Origin: Octopus bimaculoides | Lineage: Eukaryota | Length of the DNA: 64,000 nucleotides | Direction of reading: 5' to 3' | Assembly: GCF_001194135.2 (NCBI RefSeq) | Contig: NC_068985.1 | Location: forward strand, 81,214,105-81,278,104 | In this document: positions 10,429 through 23,392 of the stretch, piece after piece | How the letters are laid out: every line of letters begins with the position of its first letter | Numbering within the stretch: the first letter of the stretch is position 1 | Made by a program: the position numbers and the translations under genes | The notes under the pieces: model-generated | What the model was told of the DNA's origin: nothing | Database searches by the model: none | The model's input: only the letters and a program-made list of their open reading frames with translations

Positions 10429-12886
10429 AGTTCAAATACTTGAATGTATGCCGGGAGATTCTCTTAGCCCATTTGCCTTTGGATGGTTGATTTCTGTAGT
10501 TATTACTTGTGTATTTTGGTGACTTAAATAAGAGTTTTGACTGTTATTTCCAGCAAGTAGACATACTTAGTATGTCCTTTGATTAATTTTAATCCTTCAG
10601 TTATTCAATGCTTTGGGGGGGGGGCTGCAATCGCCTATATTATTGGTTCTGTTATCATTTTTGAATTGTTACACTAGATAATAACAGAGTCAATGATATC
10701 TTAGCAAATTATTTTTATGTGAATTATGTTTTCTTGTGAATTATTTGCTCCATATATATATATTTATATATATAGTAGTGTATAAGGTGAGAGTATATAA
10801 AGATGAACTCCAGCTCTCAAGAATTTAGATTACATTTAAAATATAAGTTTTGAACTATACTCACTACTTAAGACTATTTGGCACTATTTCACACCAGTTA
10901 TAAGTGTTGGCTTTTTGTTTAATGTATAGGAAACTTTTACAATGCAAACATATGTCTTTGTGACATGTTTTAATATATGCTGAACCTAAAATCAACACTT
11001 GAAACTTACAGTTACCTACAATTAATTATATAAAGGTTATGAAAGTTATAAAGTATTCTTCTTGTTGATGAAAATGATATTCCAGTTGTTATTGAGGCAT
11101 TATATGAGTAGTTTGGCACTTAACGTTGATGCCACCTCAGTATTCCTTTAACAGCCATGCTAGCGTCCAGTAGAACACATTACTAAGCAACACAATCTTT
11201 ATTAAACTTCAGCCTATACATTTCAAATAGGCGCAAAACACTGCCAATTACTTATCGTTATCAACATCTAATATACCTGGTTGATGTAGTGTTAATACTA
11301 GTTATATCGTTTAATGGTTGTCTCTCAAGTCTGAAGAAGACAGTTTTGCAATTTCTTGCTGAACAATCTGCATGGCTGATTTATTTATAGTGACAAAATA
11401 TTTGTGTTATACATTATCTCACTTCCTCTATCAGATCGACATTGCCTGTAATGGTGTACAATATGCTACATGTCAGATGTCGAAGTGATCACAGAACAAC
11501 ATGAGATGAAGTGTTTTGCTCAAGAACAAAACATAACACCCAGTTCAGAAATCAAAGCCACAATTTCACAATTGTAAGTGTAACACTCTAGCCACTAGGC
11601 TGTGTGTCTTCACATGATATCACAGAAGTATCAATTATTTTACAGCAAGTCACATGTTGCCAGTTATTAATTGACTTATGGTATGTATAATGATATACTG
11701 TAATATATCAGAAATGTTGCTATAAAGCATACAGCAGGTATTTTTCTAAATTTGTAAATTATATTTAGCTTCATAGAATGTTATGGTTATGCTTTTATAC
11801 TTTCATATGAGGCTCATGCTAATGTCGGAAGGGTAGAATTAAGGTTCAAATTGCATCAAATACATAGTCATATATAGTAACTCTTGTGGAAATTACAAAA
11901 TGATAAAATTAATCTCACAGAGATTATAGATTTTAAATTACTTTTATTATATTTGAAACTATTGATCAGTGAAATGTTAAAAGTGTCATATACTAAACTT
12001 TATAGTGGTATACTTTGCAAGATGCCCTGCTGTATAACATCAAGATGTGTGCATAGAGTTATGCTTGCATGCAACCTTCTGCAGTCACTTAACACTTAGA
12101 AAAGTGTTTTAAGTTTTCAAAATATTCTAAAATAGCAAGTGATTATTACAGTGTAGTTTTTGTCATTATTCTTTCAGTTGAGTTTTATTTAAGCTGCACA
12201 ATCATTAGAACAATGTTCTGTTTTCTATAAATCCCATTTGAAAGAACAAGTTGTAAAATTCTAATCCACACACATATGTTGTTTTCACAAATTGACAACT
12301 CCTGTCCATTTCAATCTAAAGAATTTTTGCTTTCTTTTGTTTTTGATGTTATTGAATGTACTTTTAATTTACAAAAATAAAGTTTTTCAATTTCTTTGTA
12401 AGAACAATTTATCAAAATGGCTTTATTAAAATTCCAGATTTCTTTTGTCCATTGAACATAATAAATAATACAGTTGCATTTGAATTTTATTCATTTTTGA
12501 ATTTTTTTAATGATAATGTTGAACTGAAGATGTTCCCATAATTCTCTTTGTCTTTCCATGTTTTGCTCTTCTTTTGAGCTTTTAGTGGTTATTCATTCTC
12601 TTAAACTGACTTACCTGTTATGTGTGGTTTTTGTCTTATTTTGTGTGTTCTACTTCAAAAAATATATATGTATACACACACACACAAATATATATGTATA
12701 CACACACCTATATATGCATACATGCATATATACAGATATTTCTATATATATATATGTGAATATATTGTATATATGTATGTGTGTATGTGTATACTTCTCC
12801 TAAAGTTTCTATTGCCATTCTCTCAAATGCTAAGTTAATTCCCGAGGCAATGGTGGTAGCTGTCACAACACTCTCTGTTATTTCAG

Positions 12887-13002
12887 ATTGCTTGTACTTC
12901 AACAACAAATGGTTGGTGGGGAAAATGTCAACAACAAAGAAGTAAAAGAGAGAAGGAAGAAAAAAATGAAATTCGCTGAAGAGAGAAAGAGAAAACTTGC
13001 GG
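12887..13002 (+). CDS. KIF17: Kinesin-2 (KIF17/OSM-3 type) internal coding exon, distal stalk coiled coil
   Basis: Acceptor ctctctgttatttcAG and donor G|GTaatt. The 116-nt exon (phase 2 to phase 1) reads (R)LLVLQQQMVGGENVNNKEVKERRKKKMKFAEERKRKLA, matching the recalled KIF17 motif LxxLQQQxVGGE..N.K..KE++K++K.+A+ER+..L. Confidence 0.9.
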
Positions 13003-13855
13003 GTAATTTGAAGTATTTTCCTGCATCCTTGTGATTTTTAAAGTTCTATTATAAACATTTCTACTACCACTGTATCTCTACATGTGCTCTTTTCTTTATT
13101 AAATATTTGTTTTTGCTTTCCAGTGTGTAAGATTTTTCTTGTAATAATCTAGAGCTTTAATCTCTTGCAAAACGTTATAATAGTATGAACTAGAAAATTA
13201 TGAATTTTAATAAGATTGAGACAAGCTTTTGTCTAAAAATAATTTATCTATTATTTTATATGCAATGTGAAAAACTGCTAAGTATTTTCTTCATATATTT
13301 GCATTTGAGGCAGCATGATTTATACATCAAACTGTATTTATTGAAGCTACATACAACCTAATAAATAATAATGAAATTTTGAAAATAATTAGTTTTATTG
13401 TAGGGCTGTTTGTTGCACTTCATTACTTTTAAACTAGCTGAATTTAAATATTAGAATCTACTGGAATTTTAAATTTTTTACATTCATTAGAATTATTTAA
13501 AGTCTTTAGAAATGCAAGTTGAAATCTTCATGATGATCCAACAGGATTTTGGAATGGGAAAATGAATTAATTTCTTAATGGGTACCAAGATTATTTTTGT
13601 TTAAATATCTTTCCTTCTAAATATTTTTAGTAAAGAAATATTTGGCTTCATAAAATGTTTAACAGATTCCAGTTTGTATCATGCTGATGATTTCTAAAAA
13701 GGTTGAAATAGTACTGTACATGATTACCACTGACTAGAAATTTTAGGAACTTTAAGTTGACAAAAAAAAACATTTATGTGAATTGTGTGCATCTTTTTCT
13801 TTATAATTTCTTGAATAAAATTTCTAATTCTACTAAATATTAGAAAGAAATTGTG

Positions 13856-14150
13856 AAGGTACATGGCTTAGTGGTAAAGGGTATTTGGCTCGCAATCATA
13901 AGGTTGTGAGTTTGATTCCTGGCAGTACATTGTGTCCTTGAGCAAGACACTTTATTTCATTGCTCTAGTCCACTCAGCTAGTAAAAATGATTAGTGCTTG
14001 ACATTTTGTGTCATATTGAATCTTCTTGAGAACTATGTTGATGGTACACATGTCTGTGAAGTGCTCAGCCATTTGCCCGTTAATTTCATGAGCAGGTTGT
14101 TCTGTTGACTGGATCAACTGGAAACCTCATCATCATAACCAACAGTGTCA
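13856..14150 (+). mobile_element. Older tRNA-derived SINE sharing the 3' half with 59024
   Basis: Head gaaggtacatggcttagtggt..gtttgattcctgg with the shared 3' domain. A second copy is at about 29025-29350. Confidence 0.8.
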
Positions 14151-15879
14151 GTTTTGGAGAAGAAGATTATTATCTCCCTTGTAATGGATGTTCATTAGGG
14201 AAAGACAAGTATTTAGAGAATGGTTAAGTCTAAATAATATTTCTACTCCCTGGGCATGTGTAATAAACAGAACCAACTGCTTGTCTTTTCCTGACTGAAG
14301 GTACCACTAATTGATAAACCGCTTTGTGACTTTATGTTGGGTAATGGAAAGTGAGAATTAGCATAAAAAGTTATGATGGGAAATTTAAATTGTTTTGTAT
14401 ACATAGTTTGTTGAGAGCTTACAATTTACACTGTGGGGCTTCCATAAAATTTGAGTGGTATCATTTAAAACCTACAACTCACAAGCAGCTAGTTGAGTGC
14501 TTTGGCAAAATCCACAATTCTAATAGCATAATTATTTTGAGATTCAGTTTAGTAAAGTGCAACATCAGATGTCATTGTACAGTATGAAAGTATATTGAGG
14601 AGGTTAGGTGATCATGTAAACATTTTGTTATTTTGTTAATGCTTGTGGTGATGGACAAGGAGAATTCTGTTGAAATACACATACTTTCTCTAAAGTTTCT
14701 GTTTTAATATGCCAAATAGGTTATATGTGCATTTTATGGAAGAATAAGAAGTATCATTAAAATAGAAATCTTAAATTAAATACATTACTTCTGACTAGCT
14801 TTCATTAATATGAAAATCATAAATAGATGAAGAATAAAGGAATCTAAGCAATAGGCAATCAGACCAAATAAGAAATGTCAATATGAAAAAAAGTGCCTGT
14901 TATAGAACCTGGACTGTTTAAAGGAAATTTTATTAATGAATCTTCGAGATTCTCAAATATATTTCACTGAAAATTTCCTCTTTATTTATTGGCTGACCTT
15001 TACATTTTCTTATGAAACTGGAGAAGTGACTAAAAGACATACTAATTGGTCCAATAATCATGAAGGTATTACTGAGACATGGTAAATGAATAAATGTCAA
15101 TTCCTTAACCGATTTGAGATGTGGATTAAGCTAATTTGAATAACATCAAAGAATTGTGTAGCAATCTAGTCTTTTTATTCAAAATTGGTTTGAATTGATA
15201 AAATTTCATTAGAGACTGTTATTAGTTTATAATTAATCATTTCTAACAGATTTCATGATTATTTCGAAAATTAATTTCAGCATTATTTTATATAAAACAT
15301 TAACATTCATTCATATAAAATGATCAACTATGGATTTAGAGCTAGCTAAGATGATGTGAAGTCAATGAAATTACATGATAATCCGTAATATTGAATTGCA
15401 ATAACTTCCTTTAACACTAAGGTGAAGCAGTAATACTAAGCAGTTTAACTGATGCCTGTAGCATCTTAGATAAAACAGTAGATTGTTATTGCTTAACTCA
15501 CTACATTTTACTGATGAGTACCTGAAAACCTTTAACATTATAACCTTACAAAATGTAAAATTTGTTAAAATACAAAATACATAAAGGTTTATGATTTACT
15601 AGTTCAGATAATTATATCATGTTGACAAGTGACAGAATGCAAGCACCACAAGTGATATAAGACAAGTGGCAGTGATGTAAGAATCATGTTGTAAGGATAT
15701 CTTAATAAAAAGTATAAATGAATTAAATTAAATGGCTTGAAAGGGAATTGGAGAGAATAAGGGATTACAAAATCAAATTATCAACAATTAGGGCCTTAAA
15801 GAAAAAACTACTTACACAAATAAAGTTAACTGGTATTAGAACTCACAACATAAATGGTTACAGAAAACGGTTTGCACAT

Positions 15880-16190
15880 GGATTGCCAAATTTATAATAA
15901 AGAAATATATAGTTCTTGAGAGCTCACAGCTCTAGTACTATTGATATGTGATGAAAATGTTGAGGGAAAGAATTACAATACAGATTCTTCAAAACAAGCC
16001 TACCTGGAGGAGACCTATGAGCAGAACAAAAATGAGATGGTTGAATAATATCCATAGTCTCAGATGGTCATGTTTGAGAATCCATCCAGAAAGCGTAATG
16101 ATGGTTGCTTCTGAAGGATCTTATGGAGGAGGTACCTGAGACTCCATCCTACAACCATTCCAGTAATAGTGAGTGGAGAAGATGGATAAA
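15880..16190 (+). mobile_element. RTE LINE extreme C-terminal fragment
   Basis: RITIQILQNKPTWRRPMSRTKMRWLNNIHSLRWSCLRIHPESVMMVASE resembles the RTE tail motif ..G.RPRGRP+.RW.D.I...... Confidence 0.6.
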
Positions 16191-16440
16191 TAGGTATATG
16201 GATATATAGTCTTTCCATAATTAAATCTGAAAGCCAAAGTGAATGTTATGTCATCGTAAGAAGCTTGTGGACACTAAATCTATAAGGTCAAAAGGCTATT
16301 GTTTTTAGTAGAAAAGTTGATCTTGGATAAAAACTGTAAAATATACTTAAACATGTATATGTAAAAATGGTTTCCATGTATTGTATGTGCTTAGTAAAAT
16401 GATAATAGGAATTAAATGCAAAAAGTTATTATTGACAAAC

Positions 16441-16690
16441 ATCATCATCATCATCCAGTGTTTTAAATCCAGGTTTTGTCCCTGTTAATGGGTGTGGCTG
16501 GATCTACCTCAATGCTGTAGCAACTGCCCTCACACCCTCTTGACATCTTGCCCAATTTAAGGGTTGGTTTGCTCTTCTCAAACCAACCCTACCAATCTCC
16601 TCCTCCACCTGTCCCCTTCATCTCTTCTTTGGTCTACCTCGCTTTCTTGGTCCATTTACCTCAAACTCAAGCACCCTCCTCAGAACATAT
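16441..16690 (-). mobile_element. RTE LINE 3' end with (GAT)n tail
   Basis: Minus-strand ..EGKWTKKARRPKKRW..-like reading ending in a (CAT)n run at 16441. Confidence 0.55.
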
Positions 16691-18159
16691 AGTAAATAAT
16701 AAATAATTATAGTAAGGAAAGGTGTACAAAATAAAATCTTTAGTTTATCATATTATATCCTTAGTACTATCTAAACATGATTTTATGTTCCATTATCCAG
16801 TTATGACCAACACTTTTTGACACAATTGCCAATATAATCAAATTAAAATAAAGTTGAAATTAAAAACAGATATTAAAACTAAATCAAAAAGGTCATCCTT
16901 TGTCATCACATTCAACAACTTTATTTTATTATTAATTGGAGTATTACTTTTTCTTCACTCCTAACCTTATGATTATTTTGTATTATGTAATGGCTAAATG
17001 TCCGAGGAAATTTTTGGTTACACTGAATAACAATTTCATTTGCTTAATGATAAATTGCAGTCAGCTATTAAGATCTCAAGTGCTTTTTGTATACATAGAA
17101 GACAATCCTTCCTGTCCTCTTTGCATATTAACAGAATTTAAGATAGACCGTACCAGGTTATAATCTATTCCTTTAGATTTTAGACTGAATATATTCAACC
17201 ATAGAGATTGAGTTCTTAAGTTTTACATTAGAGAAGGAATAATAGTATATCTATATACATAGAACAGAGTTTGTGTGTGTGTGTCTGTGTGTGGTGCGTA
17301 TGTTCCTTATGGATTCAAAAACTGAGTTACTGATTTTGACGTATGAGGTATCAAAAAATTCAGTAATCTTTTGGCTACCAAATGAAATATGGCTTTTGTG
17401 CAACAACTCTTTTATACCTCAAAAAAACCTCAAAAACAAGGTCGGGTTGCACAATTTTGAGGTCATTTTCGGGCAATATTTGGATTTGCTTCTAATCTAC
17501 GTTGCCAATTTTAATATTTGTAGTGTCAAAAGATGCAGCATTGTACAAAGAGTAAAAACCCTGTTTGTCAATGGAAAATGACTAAGGAATGCCCAAGGTG
17601 CGTTCTCAGGTTTAAATTCAATAAAATTTCCCCAAGGATTAAGCATAGTAAGAGCCTCTATTCATTCAAGTGTGTTAAAGAAGTGAAGCAATGATTAAAA
17701 CCTTTTGAGTTCTTTTTTTTTTTTGCTTTTAACATTTTTCTCTTTATTCAACCCAATATATACAAAGTTGCTCATTGTTGTTAGTATATATTCATGCCTA
17801 TTATCTATTCCATAAGACACAAAATTCGTAAGGATTTTGCTACAATCTCCCTATTTTTCACAGTGGTTGAGCATGTATTATAACATAGGTGGTGTGATGG
17901 AGAAGACAATAACAACATCGTGCATCTATGCAAGGGCAAATTGAGGTCATATACACACGAGTCCACCCACAATACGTGTCTCTTCATTGGTTGGGATGCA
18001 CACTGTGTTCACTGATTGGTACAATTTGAAATCAATTTTTCCTTATCAGAGACACGTACCGCAATATCAGTTGATTGTGGTGTTATTGTTACCAATGACC
18101 CGGGCAATGCTGGAGTGCATTGTGTGTGGTGCATACTTTCCACTTGACTAAAAAATTGA

Positions 18160-18206
<47 letters not shown>

Positions 18207-18743
18207 ATACAATGTGGCTGAAGGTCATAACACTTGGGTAATGCTGGGGTGCATTGCTAGTAAAATATAATTTTCATAAAAAATTGCTATATACTCTATG
18301 TAATATTTAATTATAGTTGATTTCTTACAGTGCATTTATAAACTACAGGCATACACTGATCATTTCCTTTTAACAGACATCTATCTTTTATTCTACAGTT
18401 ACATCACAACTATTGGGAACTGATTAGGATGTAACAAATCAGTATTGTTGTTTAGGGATCTGAATATGTTTCCAAATATAAACAGAAGATTGTACCAAAA
18501 TGTCTTTTCACAATTATCAATAACTTGATTTTGAACTTGGAATGACTTTGAAACTCTTTCCTTAATTTTTAGAATTATAATCTCATTTGATAAGAATATA
18601 AGGAATGCCACAAATGCTGAGGTGCTGTATTGAAAAGGACCTGTTCAATTCAGTTCATATTAGCATGGAAATGTGGACTTAAAAATGATGATGATGATGT
18701 GTGTGTGTGCATATGTGTATGTGTGTGTACATAGGAGTGCATA

Positions 18744-18787
<44 letters not shown>

Positions 18788-19009
18788 GTGTGTGTATGTA
18801 TATATGTATGTATTCATGTATTGTCAGCCTCACCATCATCAACTATTTCTATTTATTGATACCCATATGCCTTATTTTCTTTATTTTACTCATATTCAAC
18901 CAATTCCAGGCCTAGTCGCATAAAATATTCCTTGTATTACCTTTATCTTAAGTTATTTATGCTCTACTGAGTTTTGTCTATCTGCAAATATATATTTGAA
19001 ATTGCCAAG

Positions 19010-19041
<32 letters not shown>

Positions 19042-19458
19042 NNNNNNNNNNNNNNNNNNNNNNNNNNNNNNNNNNNNNNNNNNNNNNNNNNNNNNNNNNN
19101 NNNNNNNNNNNNNNNNNNNNNNNNNNNNNNNNNNNNNNNNNNNNNNNNNNNNNNNNNNNNNNNNNNNNNNNNNNNNNNNNNNNNNNNNNNNNNNNNNNNN
19201 NNNNNNNNNNNNNNNNNNNNNNNNNNNNNNNNNNNNNNNNNNNNNNNNNNNNNNNNNNNNNNNNNNNNNNNNNNNNNNNNNNNNNNNNNNNNNNNNNNNN
19301 NNNNNNNNNNNNNNNNNNNNNNNNNNNNNNNNNNNNNNNNNNNNNNNNNNNNNNNNNNNNNNNNNNNNNNNNNNNNNNNNNNNNNNNNNNNNNNNNNNNN
19401 NNNNNNNNNNNNNNNNNNNNNNNNNNNNNNNNNNNNNNNNNNNNNNNNNNNNNNNNNN
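19042..19458. other. Assembly gap (one of 7; others at about 23105-23142, 41841-42077, 53812-53954, 54372-54443, 56248-56703 and 60914-61310)
   Basis: N runs, mostly flanked by (TA)n or (GT)n and probably unresolved microsatellites. Confidence 0.95.
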
Positions 19459-19517
<59 letters not shown>

Positions 19518-19580
19518 GTTATATATGTGTATATATGTATGCTAAATATATATAAATGTAGTCAATGAAATCTATTTCAG

Positions 19581-19687
19581 AGGCTGTAGCAAACATGGAT
19601 GATGATTATATCATGATTGACATATATGAAAACATTCATGATGAACTGAGGGCTGTAACCAAAAAACTTGGAAAGGCACAAAAGAAG
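19581..19687 (+). CDS. KIF17: Kinesin-2 (KIF17/OSM-3 type) next coding exon
   Basis: Acceptor tctatttcAG and donor AAG|GTattt. The 107-nt exon joins the previous exon in frame (G+AG=Glu) and reads EAVANMDDDYIMIDIYENIHDELRAVTKKLGKAQKK, matching the KIF17 segment A..N.DDD..++.+Y++I.+E+R...K.L.K. Confidence 0.9.
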
Positions 19688-22600
19688 GTATTTATGATGC
19701 TTCCTTAGTTAATTAGGAAACTATTTCATTTGGGAAGACAAATGTTATTAACCAGAAGGGTAACCTGCAAATAGAAAATTTATCGTGGCAATGGCTGTAG
19801 TTGTTGAGATGGTACTGGTTGTGATAGCGCTAGTGGTTGTGGTTGTGATGGTGATATAATTGGTGATAAAAGTAATCACCATATGATCAACATCTGTCTC
19901 TTTCTTATTCATATATTACTGAATTTAGCCACAAATTTATATTAAGAAAATTCCAAAAGCTAAATACTCTTAAGCTAATTATGTAATTAATCACTTCTCA
20001 TTATAATTATATGATTATATAATCTTTATTTTGCTATCTTTTAATTAGCATTTCACATGATTTTCATTTCATTCACATTTATTAGTTAGTATGATGAGAG
20101 ATGCTAGTGCCCAAAACTATTCAGGATGTTTTATTCGATTAAGGCAGTTAATGTTCAGTTTGAATTGTCACATATAAATAGACAAAGAAGAAAAAGAGTG
20201 TGACTAAAGTGGTCTTCATACATACTGTCGTGGGGAAGAATTATCGTGGAAATCTTTTAGAATGTGATCTGGGAGATGTTACCTTATTTGGAGAGAAGAC
20301 AGGATGCAGAGGGACTGGTATGGGACTGCCAGTGATTGAGAGCACTGTTGGACCCAGTTGGCTCTACACAAGATAACGTCTCTGGGACCACTACCTGGAA
20401 TGACCCCAGCCTCATCAAGCAAGAGAATGAATGAAGCAAGCAAGCAAGCAAGCAAGAAGACAGAGTCACATGTAGAATTAGAATGAAGTGACATTGAATA
20501 AGTAATGACCATTAGTGTTGTTGTGTAAGAGACTGGGCAAAGATAAAATTTGCTGGTGGATCACATAATGAGAAGGCATCAGGAAAAGACCTTACAATTG
20601 GCTACTGGTAAAAGACATGAATTTTTTATAGAAAACCATTTGTTCAAACGTTTTAAAAAACTATCGTAAACCAGAGAGAGCCATGAAGCTACCTTGCCAT
20701 ATTGTAAATGAAACTTGTGGCTAAGGGTGCATACACTGTCTCTACAGAGGACTATAGGCCTTTAGGAGCTAAAATCTCTTTTAAATTACTGCCAGGTGTC
20801 TTATTAATGTATACATGCACTTAACATCAGAAATATACTTATATTTATTCCAGGTTGTCTTTCCTGCGGGTGGCATTGTATATTGTTTTAGTAACATCAT
20901 ATCACATTAGAACATAGTACCTTGATGACATTTTGGGGAATATGTTCATCATATCTATAATATCTTCTACAAAAAATGCTACTTAAGCACAGGTTTTGGT
21001 TGCTTCATGAATGTTTAAGTGCTTTACTGTCTTTTTTGTTTAGCATGTATTTTGTAGCTACCTTCTGCTTTTAGAATGCCACAACATAACTTTCAAATTG
21101 TAACACAATGTATCAATCACATCTTCAAGAGAGGCTACACTACCTGTTGATATTAGCATCATACTCAAGTTTATGCGAAATATAGCCATGCTTAAACTTT
21201 TATTAGTTTTTGTTGTGGCTCACTACTTGTTCAGCTGGTCTGGTGTTGCATGGAACTCTTGATCTGTAAAATGTTGTTCCCTTCACTTTTGAGCACTTGG
21301 TTGATATACTTGTTTCTGCCACACTTATTTTGCAGATTCTGTCTGAGTGACTTCTCAAAATACTTACATGATACCTAGACTGATATTAAGCTTCTTTCTT
21401 GCGATGTGGAGCCTGCTGATATCATTGTTTATAAGGATGCTTCTTGATGTCTCAATGCAAACCCAAATTCGTATAGCTGTATCACTGCCTCCGCTTGAAA
21501 GTTACAGTCCCTCATGTATATTGACTCAACTCTATGCACCAAGTGATACAATGTACACAAATACAAGCATACACTCACACGCAGCATCATAGCCGGAAGT
21601 TATAATAAAAGACACCCAAGATATAATATAGTGGGATGAAAGCTTGTTGTTCCTGATTGCAAAACAAACCTCTTAACCACTTGCCCATTCCTGTATCCTG
21701 TATCACACATTATTACGTGATTTATCTCTTTCTCTTTACTTGTTAATTCATTTTACAACCATTTTTCTATGTTGGCATGGGTTGGATGAAAACTCATTAA
21801 CATTTCTTCTTAAGATAAGAGGTTCTTCCCATCATCAGGCCTTACCTGTTTTATGAGTAGGGTTTTGTTTTTAAATTCCACTAGTTTTTGGAAGCTCACA
21901 GTTACATAAGGAACAAAGATAGGACATAAGTTTTCTGGCTCAAACAGTGCTATTGTATTTATATATTTTCATTCAGCCATTGTTGACCCAGAGTTGCATG
22001 AAAGACTCAACATGCTTCTGCTATTTATTGTTCATGATGATTGTAACCCTATCTACCTACACTGACCAATTGCAGGTTTGATGGGTTGCTCTGATGGTTC
22101 AGAGATTATCGTTGGCCTGTAAAAGCTTGGTAAAATTTGAACTCTAAACACAAAGAACCATAAGTACTGCAGTGTTTTTGTCCAATGTTCTATTTTATCA
22201 ATCCACTGCCCTGGATTGGTAATTACTTATCAACTCCAAAAGGATGAAATGCAATATTGACTTATATGTGTATGGGTAGCACATGTGTGTATATATGTGC
22301 ATATATATATAGAGAATCTAGTTAAGTTATTTACAGTTGTGGCCTTTGGATTATACATTTATTGTCCTTAATGAATTGAGCTTGGTCTTGTATTTTCTCA
22401 AGCTTCCTCATATATCAGATTTCGCAGAATAGCGACCTTAAATATTTCAATTGCTATTCAGCCTGATAAATTTATGATAATCATAGACTTTCCATAGGTC
22501 CCCTTTTAGCCTCAAATCAGAAGTAGTCTGCATATAAGGTAAGTGCATATATATATTTAATATATGGATGTATATAAGTGCAGACATAGGTGTGAGGATA

Positions 22601-22920
22601 AGAATTTTGCTTCACAACAGTGTGATTTGGGGTGCTGTTTCACTACATGTTTTTATTGCACCAGTCCTGATACTTATTGAGCAGACCTCATATATATATA
22701 TATAACATTTAACATATTCAGTATTTAAATATGAGTTTTATGCCATGGAAACTCAATAATTTCTTAAAAACTAGGATTGCTTAGAGACACAAGGCATGGT
22801 ATATAAATCTACTAAATTATTATGTTTTCCTGGCATGGATGTATATTAAATGATATAAATGATATTTATTTCTCACTGGATGGACTACATTTTTGTTGAT
22901 CCTATCTATAACAGAACAGT

Positions 22921-23355
22921 AAGGAGTGGCTGTGTGGTAAGTAGCTTGCTTATGAATCACATGGTTCTGGGTTCAGTCCCACTGCGTGGCACCTTGGGCA
23001 AGTGTCTTCTACTATAGCCTCAGGCTGACCAAAGCCTTGTGAGTGGATTTGGTGGACGGAAACTGAAAGAAGCCCATCCTCTATATGTATATATATATAT
23101 ATATNNNNNNNNNNNNNNNNNNNNNNNNNNNNNNNNNNNNNNGTGTATATGTTTGTGTATCTGTGTTTGTCCCCCCAATATCACTTGACAACCGATGCTG
23201 GTGTGTTTACGTCCCCGTAATTTAGCAGTTCCGCAAAAGAGACCTATAGAATAAGTACTAGGCTTACAAAGAATAAGTCCTGGGGTCAATTTGCTTGACT
23301 AAAGGCGGTGTTCCAGCATGGCCACAGTCAAATGACTAAAACGAGTAAATGAGTA
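22921..23355 (+). mobile_element. tRNA-headed SINE with internal microsatellite
   Basis: Head aggagtggctgtgtggtaag..ggttctgggttcagtcccactg (A/B-box-like), internal (TA)n and gap, tail ..ccagcatggccacagtcaaatgactaaaacgagtaa. Confidence 0.85.
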
Positions 23356-23360
23356 AATGA

Positions 23361-23392
<32 letters not shown>

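Noticed and set aside
11325-11375. CUGAAGAAG.. motif in a Penelope-like 3' region
   Set aside because: No GAAA (reads GAAC) and no stem I complement.
15502-15558. CUGAUGA-G(UACC)U-GAAA with an 8-bp potential stem I (TACATTTT/AAAATGTA)
   Set aside because: Stem III cannot pair (AACC...AACCTT is a direct repeat, not inverted) and the first stem I pair is A.C. Likely chance in AT-rich DNA.
18974-19568. Long ORFs spanning N gaps and IY/CV/HT/LS-repeat ORFs throughout the track (also 41578-42297, 56019-56867, 60772-61661)
   Set aside because: Translations of (TA)n, (GT)n, (CT)n, (ATT)n and N runs. Not genes.
21365-21490. Minus reading SGGSDTAIRIW.., a WD40-like motif ending at a GTAAGT donor
   Set aside because: Single short motif with no upstream GH repeat context. 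Chance is likely.
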